Assembly (NCBI GenBank): GCA_050273025.1
Contig: CP158635.1
Span: 18,724,001-18,788,000 of the forward strand
Direction: 5' to 3'
DNA: 64,000 bases
Source of the DNA: Cenococcum geophilum
Taxonomy: Eukaryota
The position numbers and the translations under genes are program-made. Shown piece by piece: positions 50,153-63,980 of the stretch; the first letter of the stretch is position 1; each line of letters starts with the position of its first letter. The notes beneath the pieces are model-generated. The model saw nothing but the letters and a program-made list of their open reading frames with translations. It was not told where the DNA came from and did not search any database.

Positions 50153-51387
50153 ATAATTTGGGGCTTAATGCGACTGTCTGCATCGCTTTTCTAAGGTATT
50201 TCGACTATGCCTTCCAATCCGAATCCACTAAATGATAACTGGTGAAGTGGATTTAATTTTATGAGTTCTTTTGTGATGGACTTTTGGGGTGGCTGACTTG
50301 AGTAGCGTGAGAGCTAGACCATGTTTCTACCTGAAGTTTTGACAGCTTTTACCTCCAACTTTGCAAAACGGCTGACTGCTTACCTATCCAGCCCATGGGT
50401 TAACTTCCCCTATGAGGGATGTTGTGACGCTGGAGTTTATGCCAAGCTGTGAGTGTTTTGCAGCCTGTATTTTGGTGTGAAACGTGGCAGAGTGCTGATC
50501 CGCATATAGATGTTGTCTCCCTCTAAGTACCGCTCTCCCCTCAAATCGTACTCAGAGATCTACTGCTTAATAGCTCAGGTTAATACCCAAACATATAAGA
50601 AGGGATGGAGAAAAAGTATGAACAAGTGTAGATTGAGGCGCGGAGATTGAGGCGGAAGCAGAGGCAGAGGCACGAGGACGAAGCAGCAAAGGCAAGATGG
50701 AGCACGTGTAGTAGGTAGAGCTCGGTAGCTTTCGTAGTAGAATTTATATATATTTGCAAGCGTAATACGTCTACTTCTTATCTAATATACAGGAAATATT
50801 AATTTAAAATACATGAAAAATCCAGAAAGAGGACTCCTTTAAATGCATCAAATGTCGTGTAGTGTTTGTCTGCTTTATTTTAGGTTGTCAGATATTCTAG
50901 AAGAATTGTTCTTTACGTAAAGGAATAATAATGGCAGTTTTCAACAACGATCTTATGAATCTCCCAGATCCAGCCTCATCGCCGTGACGTGGTGTCAGCC
51001 TGTCCTGCAGCCCTGTAGATGCATGCACGATCACCAGCATTGCCCCGTGCAGGATGTAAATATGGTAAACCACACCCTTGTAACAAGCGAGGTAATAGAA
51101 ATCTCTTTGCACATAATAAAATAGGTGCGCATCGAATGGTACCAAGTGGCATTAATTTAAGACAACGGCAAAAAGAAGCTCATCCAGGTAATAACCGACT
51201 GCTCGGGCCGACCCCACTTCTGCGTGGCGAAACGGCATACCTAATTAAGAAATAGGGTGGCTTTCCCTGTGAAAAGCTCTTTGCTCTCGTGCGGAATATT
51301 ATTCCAGTAGGCTTTATGGCATAGAGCCAACAGATGAGATAATACTGTGCCTTCAGTAATTCCTACTAGTAAATTTATCTTTCAATC

Positions 51388-52505
51388 ATGTCTCTCTCGA
51401 CTGACCCTATCAAAATTTCACTCTCTCAATCCGAGCTGAAAGTCGGTGCACTTACCCAGCGCAATCTAGAAATTGCAACTCGTGCTCTGCATCGCGATGG
51501 CATGGTTGTGATAGAAAATGTAATACCTGAAATGCTCCTCGACAGGCTGAACGAGAAGATGGTGAAGGATGCACTTGAGTTACAGGCAAGAAAAGATAAC
51601 CCGTACAACAATAACAAAGGCTACATACAACAAGATCCGCCATTGACCGCGGATTGGTTTAGTGAGGATATTTATTTCAGTAAGTTAGACATATTTAAGG
51701 CTCGATTTATTTGAGACTCAAACCTGTCGCCTTGCTTGTGATTATTTATCCCTTTGTTCCCTCTTTTGAATTTCATAGCTCAATTATACTATCTAGATCC
51801 TATCGTAACCCAGGTGACCTCTACAACTCTTGGGCCGTTCCCTCTCGTCTCCTTTATCTCAGGCAACACCGCACTTCCTCCAACAACTACCTCGTCTCCA
51901 ACAGCTCAACTCGCCCACACAGACGCCCCCTTTGACCACCTCGACCTCCCCTTTGCCCTTGTGGTAAATATTCCTCTTGTAACCATGACGCCCGAAAATG
52001 GCTCAACAGAGGTATGGCTTGGTACGCATAGCATTACAACACTTGCATGTCAAGAAGGGGTGCATGGAGATCGAGCAAGTGGAAGGATTAAAACGAAGTT
52101 GGTAGAGGAGAGAAAGAAAGTGAGAGGACCATGCCAGCCGATTGTGAGCAAGGGGAGTGTGGTTATCAGAGATTTGAGAATCTGGCATAGTGGAATGCCA
52201 AATTCATCAAAGGTGCCAAGGGTCATGCTTGCTATGAGTAAGTTAGCCTTCGACGGGGCTTGAGCACTCTAGTAAGACAGTATATCGCTAACACTCATAA
52301 AGTCCATTTTGCACCTTGGTATCGAAACACGATGCAGGTTGAATTTGCAGAAGAGTTAAGACCACTTGTTTGGAAGGAAAGGATTGGTTTGAGAGTTGCG
52401 GCGAAGTTCTTGACCAAATACGAGGTGGAAAAGAGGTACTTAAACCGACCATTTGGGAATGTGTATGGATTTGATCAGCAAAAGCGGATTGAAGGTATAT
52501 TCTAA
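51388..52505 (+). CDS. Phytanoyl-CoA dioxygenase (PhyH)-family Fe(II)/2OG dioxygenase (KanJ-like)
   Basis: ALHRDGMVVIENVI, HTD (HxD), ENGSTEVWLGTH, RDLRIWHSG (distal His), PRVMLAM. Two introns. Confidence 0.88.
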
Positions 52506-53450
52506 ATTTGATTCAGAAAGAGTATTAGATGTTTTACCTGGTTCTCCTAGTACGAACGCAGACTTGTACGATCTATTGAGCAGTATTTGCAACATTTGTT
52601 CTAGGAATTATTTTAGAGCAGGGTTTTTGTGTTCACAATGTGGTTGGCTAAGGTTGTAAGGCATAAATGGAAACAATTAGAGTTGCTTCTCACCCAAGTG
52701 ATACAGCCGCTTAGCTTCTATACAACATTCATTTTTGTCCGCCCTGCACCGGGGCTATGCCAGCAACTCCTCAAAAAGCGTGCTCTATGGACATATTACG
52801 ATGGAGTGTTTTCTGTAATTTCTCGAAGGTGAATCTAACTACTTGGTTCACGTTGGCAAACCTGATACCCTCAACGCAGGATCGAAGGTGTCAATTTTAT
52901 ACCCGCAGTCTTAGTGACATGTTATCTTTTGGCTATAATTTCGGTAACGACGCGCTCTATGCTCATTTATTCAGCTAACATACTTGGCTTTTCTGGGTGT
53001 CTCTGTTGTTCTATCTATCCTCATCTAACAATGCGATGTTGATTATTTCTTCTCCATAGCCTTCTCTCTGTAATCGGACGAACATATTTGGAGAAACAAA
53101 CTCTTCGGAAGTCACGTATCAAGCCATTAGCCAGCTGAGTCTGTGCTCCAGTATGCGTAGCTGCGGGAATGCGGCTTCCCGTCTTCCCACTAGGGCCCTA
53201 AACTTAGGTAGCCGGCTGCTCGACCAATTTCAATCAAGTCGGAGGTCAGTCTCTACATCACGAAGTGGAAAGCGGCTTAATATGCATGCCTGAGCCACTG
53301 CTAGGGAACTGCTTAAATCGAGACCAAAACATTTCAACTGTTCGCGAGGATCAGAACACCATTCTACGGCGGCTGCAGCGTCCCTGAACAAACAATTAGT
53401 GTTAATGATCAGAATGGACGAGATCAACTCCAATTACAATTTCACCTTTT

Positions 53451-55041
53451 TTACGGTTTCATGTTTCTTCTCCCCTCGAACTTCTCCGTGTTCATCCTCT
53501 CCTCAGAGATAAGAAAACTTGATGGAAACCATTCGATTTGGTCACGAGATCCGCCAACCATTAGATGCGACAGTGCTTCCGCGGATTTGAGACAGAGGAC
53601 CATGCCTGACAGAAAAGTATCAGTTTGAGGTCTATTGGAGCTCGAAGCAACCACCGATGAGATGTGTTACAAAAACACAGCGAACTGATCCCATAAACAT
53701 AAAAATTTACCACTTACCGTTTCCATTAAACCCCGCACTTATCCAAAATCGTTTCATTCCCGGTATTTCACCCACCAATGGTAGCCCATCTCTTGTCGCG
53801 CCCATAATTCCGGTCCATTCTTTCTTGACCCTCAATTTCTCATTTTCTTTCCCCTCACCCCAATTCTCTACCCCAAAGTAACCTCGCGCTGCCTCTTTCA
53901 GATAGATTGACATTTCTTGATTCATAGTGCTATCATCACAAGTCCCATACTCACTTACTCCTCCATCGTTCTGTCTACCTAAACCACCACCGATGACGAT
54001 ATGCTGACCGTCAGAACTCCCAGGCAGAAGTCGTGGGATCATGTACTCATATCCCTGATTATATATGAAGGAATATGTCGTTGGCAGCGGTGTCGGGAAT
54101 TTTGCTTTGGGGCCAGGAATTTGCGCAGTTAGAAGGCCTCGCATAGGCACGATAAGGCCCTGCATAGCAGGAAGGAGGTGGGCTGTGTAGCCATTGGTCG
54201 CCATTACCACATTCTGAGTTCGAACAATGCTGAGTGAAGCGTGAATCTCCCATAGAAATCCTGTTCCTCCAGTCTCTCCATTTTCCCCTCTAAATATTGG
54301 ACGAACTTCGGTAACAGCGGTATTGGTCCACAGCTGCAAGCCTCTCTTCAAGCACAACTCTAATATCCCGACAGTGAACCTATAAGCTGACAAGCTCCCT
54401 GCTGCATACTCGAAAGCGCCTTGCAACTCCTCCTTCTCTTTAACAATTCTACTTTCATTCTCCTTGCTAACCCAAAACCTCTTTATTGCGTCCTCTTTTC
54501 CCCACACCTGATACCAGCCCACACCCCCCTCTTTCCTCTCCCCCTCACTCACATCCCCTCTAATCATCTCAATCGACTCCTTGCCATTCTCGAAAGCCTC
54601 TTTATCGTACACAATGTCTACTGTGTTGCAAGGCCTAGATTCACACTCAATCCCATGCTCCCTCGCAAACGCATGCGTAGCCACAATATTCGCATGCTCC
54701 AGCCTTACAATCTTCAGCGCCTCCTCCGGCGACAAATGCGCGCGATGATCCGCATAGGTCCGGTAGGACGCCGCTTTCGTGTGGCCACCATTACGGCCCG
54801 TGGCACCGCCGCAGGCCTCGCGCGCTTCGAGCATGACGACCTTACCTTTGACGCCTTTTTCGAGGAGATTCCAAGCGACCATTGTGCCGCTGATGCCACT
54901 GCCAATGATCACGTAGTCTGCTGAGCTTGGGAGGCCATCGGCGCTGCGGTAGTTCGCGATTGCGGCTTTGGGCTCATGCCAGTAGGATGGTGTGGGGTTG
55001 GGGACGGGTAACTGGACCGGAATGTGGCCACGGGAATCCAT
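53451..55041 (-). CDS. FAD-dependent oxidoreductase (DAO / PuuB-like family)
   Basis: VIIGSGISG (Rossmann), LEAREACGGATGRNGGH, VVMATNGYT, WTGIMG.TRDGLPLVG, AGFNG|HGM. Second exon ends at 53451. Confidence 0.9.
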
Positions 55042-55761
55042 TTTTTGGATAATCGTAGCCAGTAGAGCTTATTACAAAAAGCAAGTTCAAAACGGGATAT
55101 TAGAGAAGGTGGTCACTTGTGAGGACGTGTCAGATGTTCGTGGCTACCCATGTCCGTTTATCTTTCCCATATTGGGTATAGATCAGGGGTGTCTTGGCAG
55201 TTCATCTGTATATTGTCGCTCAAGAGCCTACGTTAATTGGACAGAGTTCTCCTTTTTGACTTGTCCGTTCGATAGGACGTGACTAAGACAGATGAGTAGA
55301 TATACCTTGACAACGTTCGAAATACTTCAATTCGGAGGTGGATAAGTCCACATTTTTGGTTGGTAAGTAGGAGATCGTAGTACGAAATTGACTTAGTGCT
55401 TGCTCAAAAGTGGTGATTATCTATAGACGATCAAATGTAGAGCTTGTGTGATGAGTCGGCTGCACCTGCCGAATTAGCCTAGTGTCAATATTGGCCTAAT
55501 ACCTTGTGTTCATATCTTCTCGAATAATTAAGCAGCCTATTTTATTACATATCACCCTTCTTACAAGGAATAAACGTTTTCCGTATTTATAAAGTCACTA
55601 CTATAGTACAGAAGGTTCTGTCTTTTCAAAAATCATGTGTGGTCGTCCGTGCTTCATGGGCGGTTCTCAGCCACATAAGCGGCATTTCAGCACAACCGCA
55701 AACCAAGGCTATCTTAACTACATCCAACTCCAATGCTACATTACATAGCCAAAAATACCAG

Positions 55762-58700
55762 ATGGATCATATTCCTACCCCTCTGGACTCTCTACCGGGT
55801 ATTGACATTCCTGTTACTACGATTGTGCCATATGACTTCCAGGGCTTTACTACATTTCCATCTCGTTATGGATTTGGCTTAGAAAAGCCACTGGGAGAGG
55901 AGCAGTCTGCGGACGATACAGCAAGCCTGATGCAGTCATGGCTCTACTTTGGCCTACTGGCTGAGTTTTTCGGAGAGCCTGTGAATGTTGAAGAGTTTAC
56001 CTGTAGATCCAGAGAGCCCTGCACGCAAAGCCTTCTCTGCTTAGCACCGCTGAACCGTCTCATGAAATCCCATAGTCCAGAAAAAGATCGGCAACCACTG
56101 TTGCTACAGAAGGCTTGTGAGAAGCTGAGGATTTTCTTGAAAAGCCCGCACTATTTTACTTCACCCGTACTTGAGATTGAGCTCTCGGTCCGTGTGCTGA
56201 TCCATACTCTTGGGGATTATGTTGACTGTCCTGCCACCAGCCAGAATATGCATATATTGATTGAGAACCGCTTATGGGAGTCCGGTTGGTGTCCATCGCA
56301 AGTTGCAGAGATAGGCCGGTACGAAAACGAAGTGGTAGCATACTATTGTGTCGGCTTCGTCGACCCAACCCTTACAATGTCTCTCATTCTGGTTGCTCAA
56401 AGATCCAATGCGTTGCCAATAATGTTTCCGAACAGTACCAGAACCGGCACACACACAGAACCAATCCCTGTCCCGACGACGACGACCTTTTCGGTTCCAA
56501 CTCCAATACGGTGAATAGGTCTAGCGGATCCGACGAGTTGGAGCCTTGTCCTTTCGTCCACGTTGATGCATAAGAAGTTCGCAAAATTATAGAAGAGGGT
56601 GGAATTCCACTTGTATTGATTGATACGTCATCTGGTGGTGGGCTGGAGCTGCGAGTCCGCGCCGCCGCAGCAAGGGATAGATATATCGCCATTTCACACG
56701 TCTGGTCCGATGGGCTAGGTAATCCAGCTTTGAATGCCTTGCCTAAATGCCAACTGGAACGGCTAGATTTCTACTTTCGGAACTTGCCACACCCTTCCAG
56801 CACAGGTATGATGGCCAACTACAGCCATATCCACAGCTTTGCCTCAATCTCGGTGGACTTTTGCAAGAATGAGCTTTATATTTCGTCGAAAGTCTAGACC
56901 AACACTCTTCTGGATGGATACCTTGTGTATCCCTGTTGGGGGTGATGCAAAGACGCAAGATCTAAAGAATCGAGCAATCAATCAGATGGCTTTCATCTAC
57001 AGTATGGCTTCCCAGGTTCTTATTTTGGACTCGGCTATACAACTCTCCCGAATCGGTGGGCTGCAAAAAAGTGAGATCCTCGCTCGCATTAATTACTCGG
57101 CATGGATGGGTAGATGCTGGACGTTGCAAGAAGGCGCCTTGACTCCCTTCTGTTATTTCCAATGTGCAGATGGTGTTCTAAACCCTCTCGCACACTTTCC
57201 GCAATGGCTTGAAGATGAGGATTTTATGGACAGCTTCCTAGCTAAGTTCCGCTTGGTGAACTTCTGGCAGGCCACAAAACCGGTTAGAAGCTTCCCGTGG
57301 TCAGTATCCAAGAAATGGAGACTCCCATCCGCCTGGGGACCGTGGTTTGCGCACTTCGATTTATGGGGCTTGATATCGGCTATGCGACGGGGCGATAAGA
57401 AGTCTGTACGGCCTTGTCAGGTGCTTATAGAAGACATGGTCTACCGCTCGATGTTCAACACTTGCATAAGATCGTTGCATGTGTCCGGATACAGCCGCAG
57501 TAACGCTTTTTTCCCCGAACGAACTTCGAATGATAATGCGCGTTGGATCCAACATCTCGTAGCAGTCTGGAATTTACTAGCCAAGCGTTCAACGACAAAG
57601 AGTGAAGATGTGCCAGCCATCTTTGCAAATCTGCTTGGTTTCAACTCTTACCAGATCCTCAAATTACCTCCCGAGGAAAGGCTTAGAGCAATGCTTTGGA
57701 GCTGCGAGGTGCTCCCATTATCTCTGTTGTACAACTCTGGTCCAAGGATGCGTCACACTATGAACCACAAGAATCGTTGGGTTCCCGCTGTACCAAGCCG
57801 ATATCTGTTGGAAGAAGCACCGCTCATGTACTTTGGCAATAATAAGGACCTCGTACTGGAAAGCGAGAGGATGGCTCAAGGCTCGAGGCCTATCATTTTC
57901 CTTCTTGAAAAGTGTCTGTCACGGCCTAAAAGAGAGTCTGTTCTCCGCGGCCCTAACGGTGAATATTGGAGAGTGGAGAACCATCGTTCCGAGGAAGACT
58001 GTCTTGACCTTAGCCAATTTCAAGCAACCTGCTTCATTATTAAGAAGCGCCCAGATTCAAAGGTCGCTGAATGCGCCTGTCTACATATATTACGGGTTAA
58101 TGAAGGGGAGCTTCCCTCAGCGAATGAGAGCAATGGGAAAGACACACGTAATACTAGGACTCATTCAAGCAATCCCGGACAAAGCATCGCTCTCAGTACG
58201 GGCAAGACTGAAAATTTCATCGACACCGCCCATAAGCGCACCTGGCGCTTTTGGCGACATAGTAAACTAGCATCCAAGGACGAGAGCCATAGTCCCGGTG
58301 GTAGGGTTCTGTCGGAGACACAGGAGGTAAACAATTCCTTCACTTCTTTAGTTGGAGTTTATGACTGTCCTATGGTGGTTCGGTCCATCGACAGTGAGGA
58401 CGCCGAAATGTTATCCGTCATTGATAGCGGGAAAGTTGTGCCCAATAACTGGAAAATTACAATCCTTAGTGGTAAGTTCTACAGCCCCCTAGTTCCTACT
58501 GCCATTTATCAATAAGGCCACTTCACCCATCGGGGCGACCCTTCGTATGTTTACTTACCTTTCATACCGTACCAGATGTGGAAGATTGGAAAGCGCCGTT
58601 CTCACGCCTATCCAAGACCCACGTTAGCGACATGTTTAGCAGCGTGAAGGAAGACCTTCGTTGGTTCTTGAAATCCACCAAAACCTGGGTGCCACTCATG

Positions 58701-59108
58701 GTTATAGTCCTTGTTGCCTCAATATTACGTATAGTCGTCGCCTTCAAGGTTGGGTGGCATAAACTCCATCCCGTTGGTCGCGCTTCCCTCATTTTATGGT
58801 TCGTGCGACGTACGATCGGCGGGCCAATTGCCTTTATACCAATTTCTCAAACACTATTCATCATTGATCGTCGCAATGAGCATAGTTTCACATCGTTGGA
58901 TGTGGCGTATATAACTCTAGATCTATTATGGACCTTGTATTTAGCCATGGCGTTCACTTACATGACGCAACAATGGCTGAAGCACCGATTTGAGAAAAAT
59001 TTAGCAACATACCAAGAGGGATGGAAACCTGAGAAGAAAACTAGCACGGCTTGGAAGACCTTGAAACTCCGTTTACGATCGTTACCCGACTGGAAACGAA
59101 GGTCATGA
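55762..59108 (+). pseudogene. Heterokaryon-incompatibility (HET) domain gene with C-terminal transmembrane exon, disrupted
   Basis: QSWLYFGLL, GWCPSQV, YIAISHVWSDGLGN, LFWMDTLCIP, AINQMAFIY..A..VLILD, WMGRCWTLQEG, RSTTKSED. Lesions: frameshift ~56345, in-frame TAA 56571-56573, frameshift ~56860. The last exon (58577-59108) is hydrophobic. Confidence 0.85.
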
Positions 59109-59756
59109 TTGATCTTTTTATAGCTCCGTTCAGGAATATTTTTCTATCCCGTTAGAACAGCGACTCTACGCGATTGCTGGCCATTGCTTAAAAAAAAAAT
59201 TGCGTTACTGTCACGAGTAGATATTTCTGCTTGGACCCTTAATCATGTTTCCTAAAGCGAGAGTGACTGAAGCCGCCAATGTCACGCAATCTCCCTCTCT
59301 TTTGCCTTTGATATGGAACACAAGTGTGAAAAAATGAGTAATAGTGAGCCGATGAGGGAGCGGCACTATGTAGTTATGAGGGCTCATGGGTGAGCCATCC
59401 AATATGGTGGTCCTAAACTAGACGCATAACTCATACGGCTTTGTATTGTAACAGCAACAGCATTATAAATAAAACATATCTTCTTCTCATGTACCTTAAA
59501 GGAAGCATTTAAGCCATTCTACTATTTTTAATGCAGACCGATAAAGCCTCTAAAGGGCTTCACAAGCATTGATTATGCTGTTTGAGCACTGAGATCATAG
59601 TTTCCCACCATGGTGAAGGTTCTTGCAATATGAAGCATCTACCCATCAGCTACCCCATCCCGGCCAGATTCCCTCAAAAGCACCCTTCCTGAGTCCGTGA
59701 AAACACCTCCAAAACCAAACCCCCCAACCCAGGCCAGAGCATCCCCAAAATATTCC

Positions 59757-60125
59757 CTAGGCACCACCGTCCAACTTCTTCCCGCCGCCCTTCCCACTCC
59801 CCCTCCCCCACGTGCTTTTCCCCCACTCCTTCCTCCCAGACTTCTGCGAGTCCCTCTTCTCCGCGTTCTCCAGCGCCTCCTCCGCGCGCTTCGCCTGCGC
59901 CTCCACTTCCATCTCCTTCTGCGCCTTCTCCTTCCCCGCCGCCTCCTTCTCCGCCATCACCTCCGCCCGGATGCAGCTGTAGCAGGGGAAGTACGACGCG
60001 TGGGGCGGCTTGAGCTCTGCCTCGGCGCACACGATGGGCCAGGTGCGTGCGGCGTCGATGCACATTTCCTTGCGTGGTACCGACAGGCAGCCGCAGGTGT
60101 ACAATTTCTGGCGCGTGAAGCACAT
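59757..60125 (-). CDS. Small Cys-rich putative Zn-binding protein with charged helical tail
   Basis: MC-x7-Y-x-CGC...C...C...CxxC pattern followed by an E/K/A-rich helix. GC-rich, coding-like sequence. Confidence 0.65.
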   Translation of the reverse strand: MCFTRQKLYTCGCLSVPRKEMCIDAARTWPIVCAEAELKPPHASYFPCYSCIRAEVMAEKEAAGKEKAQKEMEVEAQAKRAEEALENAEKRDSQKSGRKEWGKSTWGRGSGKGGGKKLDGGA

Positions 60126-61000
60126 AGTGCCGGTGTGAGTGGAGTATTGAGGCCTAGATTATGGAGGGTTAGTAAAGTGGTTTGGGTGACTGGAGGGATT
60201 TGCGAGGACTGTACGTGAGTTTTTGGGGTTGGGTGGTGAGGCGCAGAGGAAGCTGGCTGACCACGGGTGTTGGAGTGAAATTGTGGGTAGCTTGACGGTT
60301 GTTGATGTTGTAGATCAGTGAAGGTGGATGAGTCCTTATGTGCACCTTGTCTTAGCTAACTTCGCGTGACTCTAAGTGGAGCTGGCCAGCGATTCACCTT
60401 GGAAAGCAAGATAACTAGCAGTTGGCGTAAGAACACGAAAGAGCTAATAGCTTAGCGATAACTAGATTGCTTGAATTATTAGAAATTTAAGACTGAGCAA
60501 CCATTGCAAGGGAACGGTGAATATGTGAGGTTCTGGAATGCTCTAGAAATGAAGTGGATTCGATATTCCAGGCTTATTCATAGTCGGGGCAGCGAAGTGT
60601 CTGAGAAGGTCTCAGGAGTAACGGACTTTATGGCCTGACAATTATCAGGGGAAGCAAAGAGGCGCCTTGTACTGTGATCTCTCAGGGGGCTAAACAATGA
60701 AGTGTAATTAATAATGAGGCTCAAATTTTCGATATAAAGTGCTGGATATGTATAGCACTACATAATTGAACCCTGATATCACTATATTAATTGGATGGAA
60801 GAATTCTGCCAAGATTGAGATCAACATTGAGACCACAGGGCTACACTTCGAAGTAAAGAGCAAATACCAATTTTAATTCAAGGAACAGCCGAGAAAAGAA
60901 ATTCATGTTCCGCTGTTGGGCTATGTCGATTCAATTTACCATCTTGAACGCCTTTGCAGTGCTAGACTTCCCGTAAGCTCCGTATATAGCCGTCGAACAA

Positions 61001-63980
61001 TCAGATCTCCTTGACAAATCCAACCTCAACTAATTTTTCGACAGGTATTTCCATCTGTGCAATCTTGGCGCGCGTATTCTGTCGGAGCCACATATAGATG
61101 CCTAGAAGGATCCGCTTGAAGATGTTATTCTTCTCTACAAGTAAGCGCAGCTCCTCCTTACCAACAATATACACAACCTGTTTCTGAAATGCTGAATCGA
61201 GCGCCGCAATACGCCGGTCTGTTGCTGTGTCGTTTATCTGCACTTCGTCAAGGGCAGGAGTCTCAGGGATGGCAGTGACACGTAGAGAGGTGCTGACAGA
61301 GCTTGTGACCGCAGAAGATTCAGCTATAGATTCAGGCTGGGAAGCCTTGCCAGATGATGGAGCTGCAGAGGTTGGTAGGTCCACCATCTCGACGATAGCG
61401 TTGCGGAGCTCGTGGTAGACGACGTCGCCGAGCTCGGCGCTAATAACGCGATCATTGTAGCCATGGCGAACGGTGAGGCGGTAGCAATTAGGGATAGAAG
61501 TACGAGAGATAGTGTATCTGTCCTCATCCGGGACATGAGGTTTTGAGAGTGCGCGTAAATGCAAAAATACATGTACTTCTTGCTGTGCTTCGAATTTTCG
61601 TAGGAATTCTTCGTACACGGTTGGTACCATGTCTCCAGACTTGTCGAAGAAGATCCCGAGCCCTATGAAACATTTAAATTAGCTAAAAGCGGCAATGTAC
61701 AGAAATAACCGCAACGGACCTTTAATAGTAGTGAGCTCTCCACCCCCGAAATCGTTTGCGAGCCTCAATTTCCCATCAGACCCCTTGACCACAACGTGAT
61801 GAAGGCGAGTTCTGCCCCTCCCTTCCGCCTGCCACTGCTTCTCTTTACCGTAGCGCCAGAGGGCGAAGGTGCTTGCTAAGATAACTGCAAGTAGAAGAGT
61901 AAACCATGCACCATCTGGCAGTTTAGTGAGGGCGGATGTCAAGAAAAGGCCATCGAGAGTTGCGAATACGAGCCATACAGCAAATACGAGCATCCAGTTC
62001 AAGCGCCAGACGACCAAGGCAACCAAAGCGATCATATTAGTCGTGATGAATGTGACTAATATGACGCATACACCATATGCATGTCCAAGCCGAGTGGTCT
62101 ATACAGTTGTTAGGATCGGTCAAGTATATCTGGACGTGGGGATCTTACATTATTGTATACTGCAGTGACAATGACAGTTCCAATCATCAGAAGCCAATTA
62201 GCCATCGGAATGTAGACTTGACCGTGGAAGATGTCGCTCGTATAGACCATCTTGATCTGGGGGAAATAGCTCATATTCATCACCTGGGAGAGAAGCTGGA
62301 AAGTGGACGTAATGATAGCCTGAGAGGCGACGATTGCGGCAAGAATAGAGATTACAAGGGATGGGTAAAACATTCCAGGTGGGACTGTGTTAAAGAAGGG
62401 GTTACTGTAGGCCGAGGGATCGTGAGAAATATAAGCTGCTTGGCCAATATAACCCAGCAGTAAGCACGGGTACACCAGGCACAGCCAAGAAATCTGAATG
62501 GCTCGTTTGGAGAAAGCTCCCAAATCAGCAAATAGGGCCTCGACTCCTGCTGACATGTTAGAATTTCGATTACTGCTGTAGAAAGGAGAAAACCAACCAG
62601 TAAAAGCTAGTAGAATCCCACCAAGCTGTATCCAGCCGGTGGTCTTATTCCTAACCAGAAAGTTTCCTGCAAAAAAGGGCGAGAATGCTTTTAGAACGGT
62701 ATGATCATATTTTACTAGATTCTTTAAAGCGGTCAGTCAAACAAACCAGTTGCAGGAAGCAGTGTGCTACAGCATAGTACTCACATAGATACCGAACGTA
62801 AAGTTAAACATTAGCCAAATAATCACAATCGGTGCAAATGCGCTTCCGATTTTGACTATCCCAAGAGGTTGAATGAGGAAGAGTAAGACTAGGATGGCAC
62901 ACGAGACACCAACAATAGTTCCGGTGCTGATATCCGGCTTAACGACCGTCAGACCTATTATACTGTTAACCAAATTGGCTTAATAGCATAGGAAAGTTCA
63001 CACGAACCTTGAATAGCGCCGAGTACAGATTGTGCCGGAGTGAGAATACCGTCCGCAATGATGAGACTGACTCCCAATACAGCCAAGGCCTTCAGCAGAG
63101 CGCGACAAACTATGCTTCGCTCGAGGAAGCCCCTTACGTTCTTATTGCTCGGTTTCATTTCAGTGCTGAGGTAACGCTCCAGTTTGACCATGTTCTTTGT
63201 TTTCGGGTCATGGGAGGATATATGACTCTATAATGCTATTAGTTGCTGATGTTGAATCAGGTATAATTGGGAGCTTACATAGCGCGCTAACAGACTGTAC
63301 ATAGCAAAGGTGCCACCTTCACCTTCGTCATCGGCACAAAGTACGATGAAAACGTACTTGACAGTGACTATAAGTGTGATAGCCCAGATGATCAAGGATA
63401 GAGCACCAAGAAGGTCTTCATAGGAAGGATTCGATGTGAAGGTTGACGAGTATACGTAGAGTGGACTCGTCCCAATATCGCCATAGATAACTCCGGTAGA
63501 TTGGTAGGCTAGCCTGAGGTCCGAAGATCAGTATGCAGTTTGCGGATCGTCAAAACCCTGCAGGCGATCTTGCCAAGGGCTGAGGACTACTGCAATGCCT
63601 TCCATGCATGGAACGTGTGACACGGTCGCTTACCACATAAGAATCCACCCTGAAAAGACCTGCGACTTGTTAGCGTACTGGAATGGAATGGGTTTGGTAG
63701 CTATGAAAAAGACATTTTTGGATAAAACTATAGGTCACTGGAACAAATTTGCAATTGTCCATGATTGTTGGCTCAATTGAGTGGAACTTACTTGCTTTCG
63801 CTCGAAGTCACCTTCTTTGACACCCTGACCTTCATCATAGGCGGACTCAACGTCCCCAGAGCGCGTTTTAGCCATTTTCAGGTCATTGTGCTCTTCATAG
63901 GAGGTGGTGAAGCCTTTTGATCCGGCATGGTGTGGATCGTCGCTCTGTGTCATTGCAAAATGAATTCCATCGTTGGCCAT
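61001..63980 (-). CDS. HAK1: High-affinity K+ transporter, KUP/HAK/KT family (multi-exon)
   Basis: [14 protein letters not shown] (~63455-63495), [65 protein letters not shown]. Confidence 0.94.

Noticed and set aside
48790..50710. Possible decayed gene hosting the two MITEs
   Set aside because: Rejoining the flanks gives no sustained frame or recognisable motif.
51388..55041. PhyH dioxygenase + FAD oxidoreductase as a biosynthetic gene cluster
   Set aside because: No backbone enzyme, transporter or regulator is adjacent. The genes are convergent and belong to common families.
59674..60218. Alternative-frame ORFs of 149 and 173 aa overlapping the Cys-rich gene
   Set aside because: Low-complexity shadows of a GC-rich coding strand with non-ATG starts.
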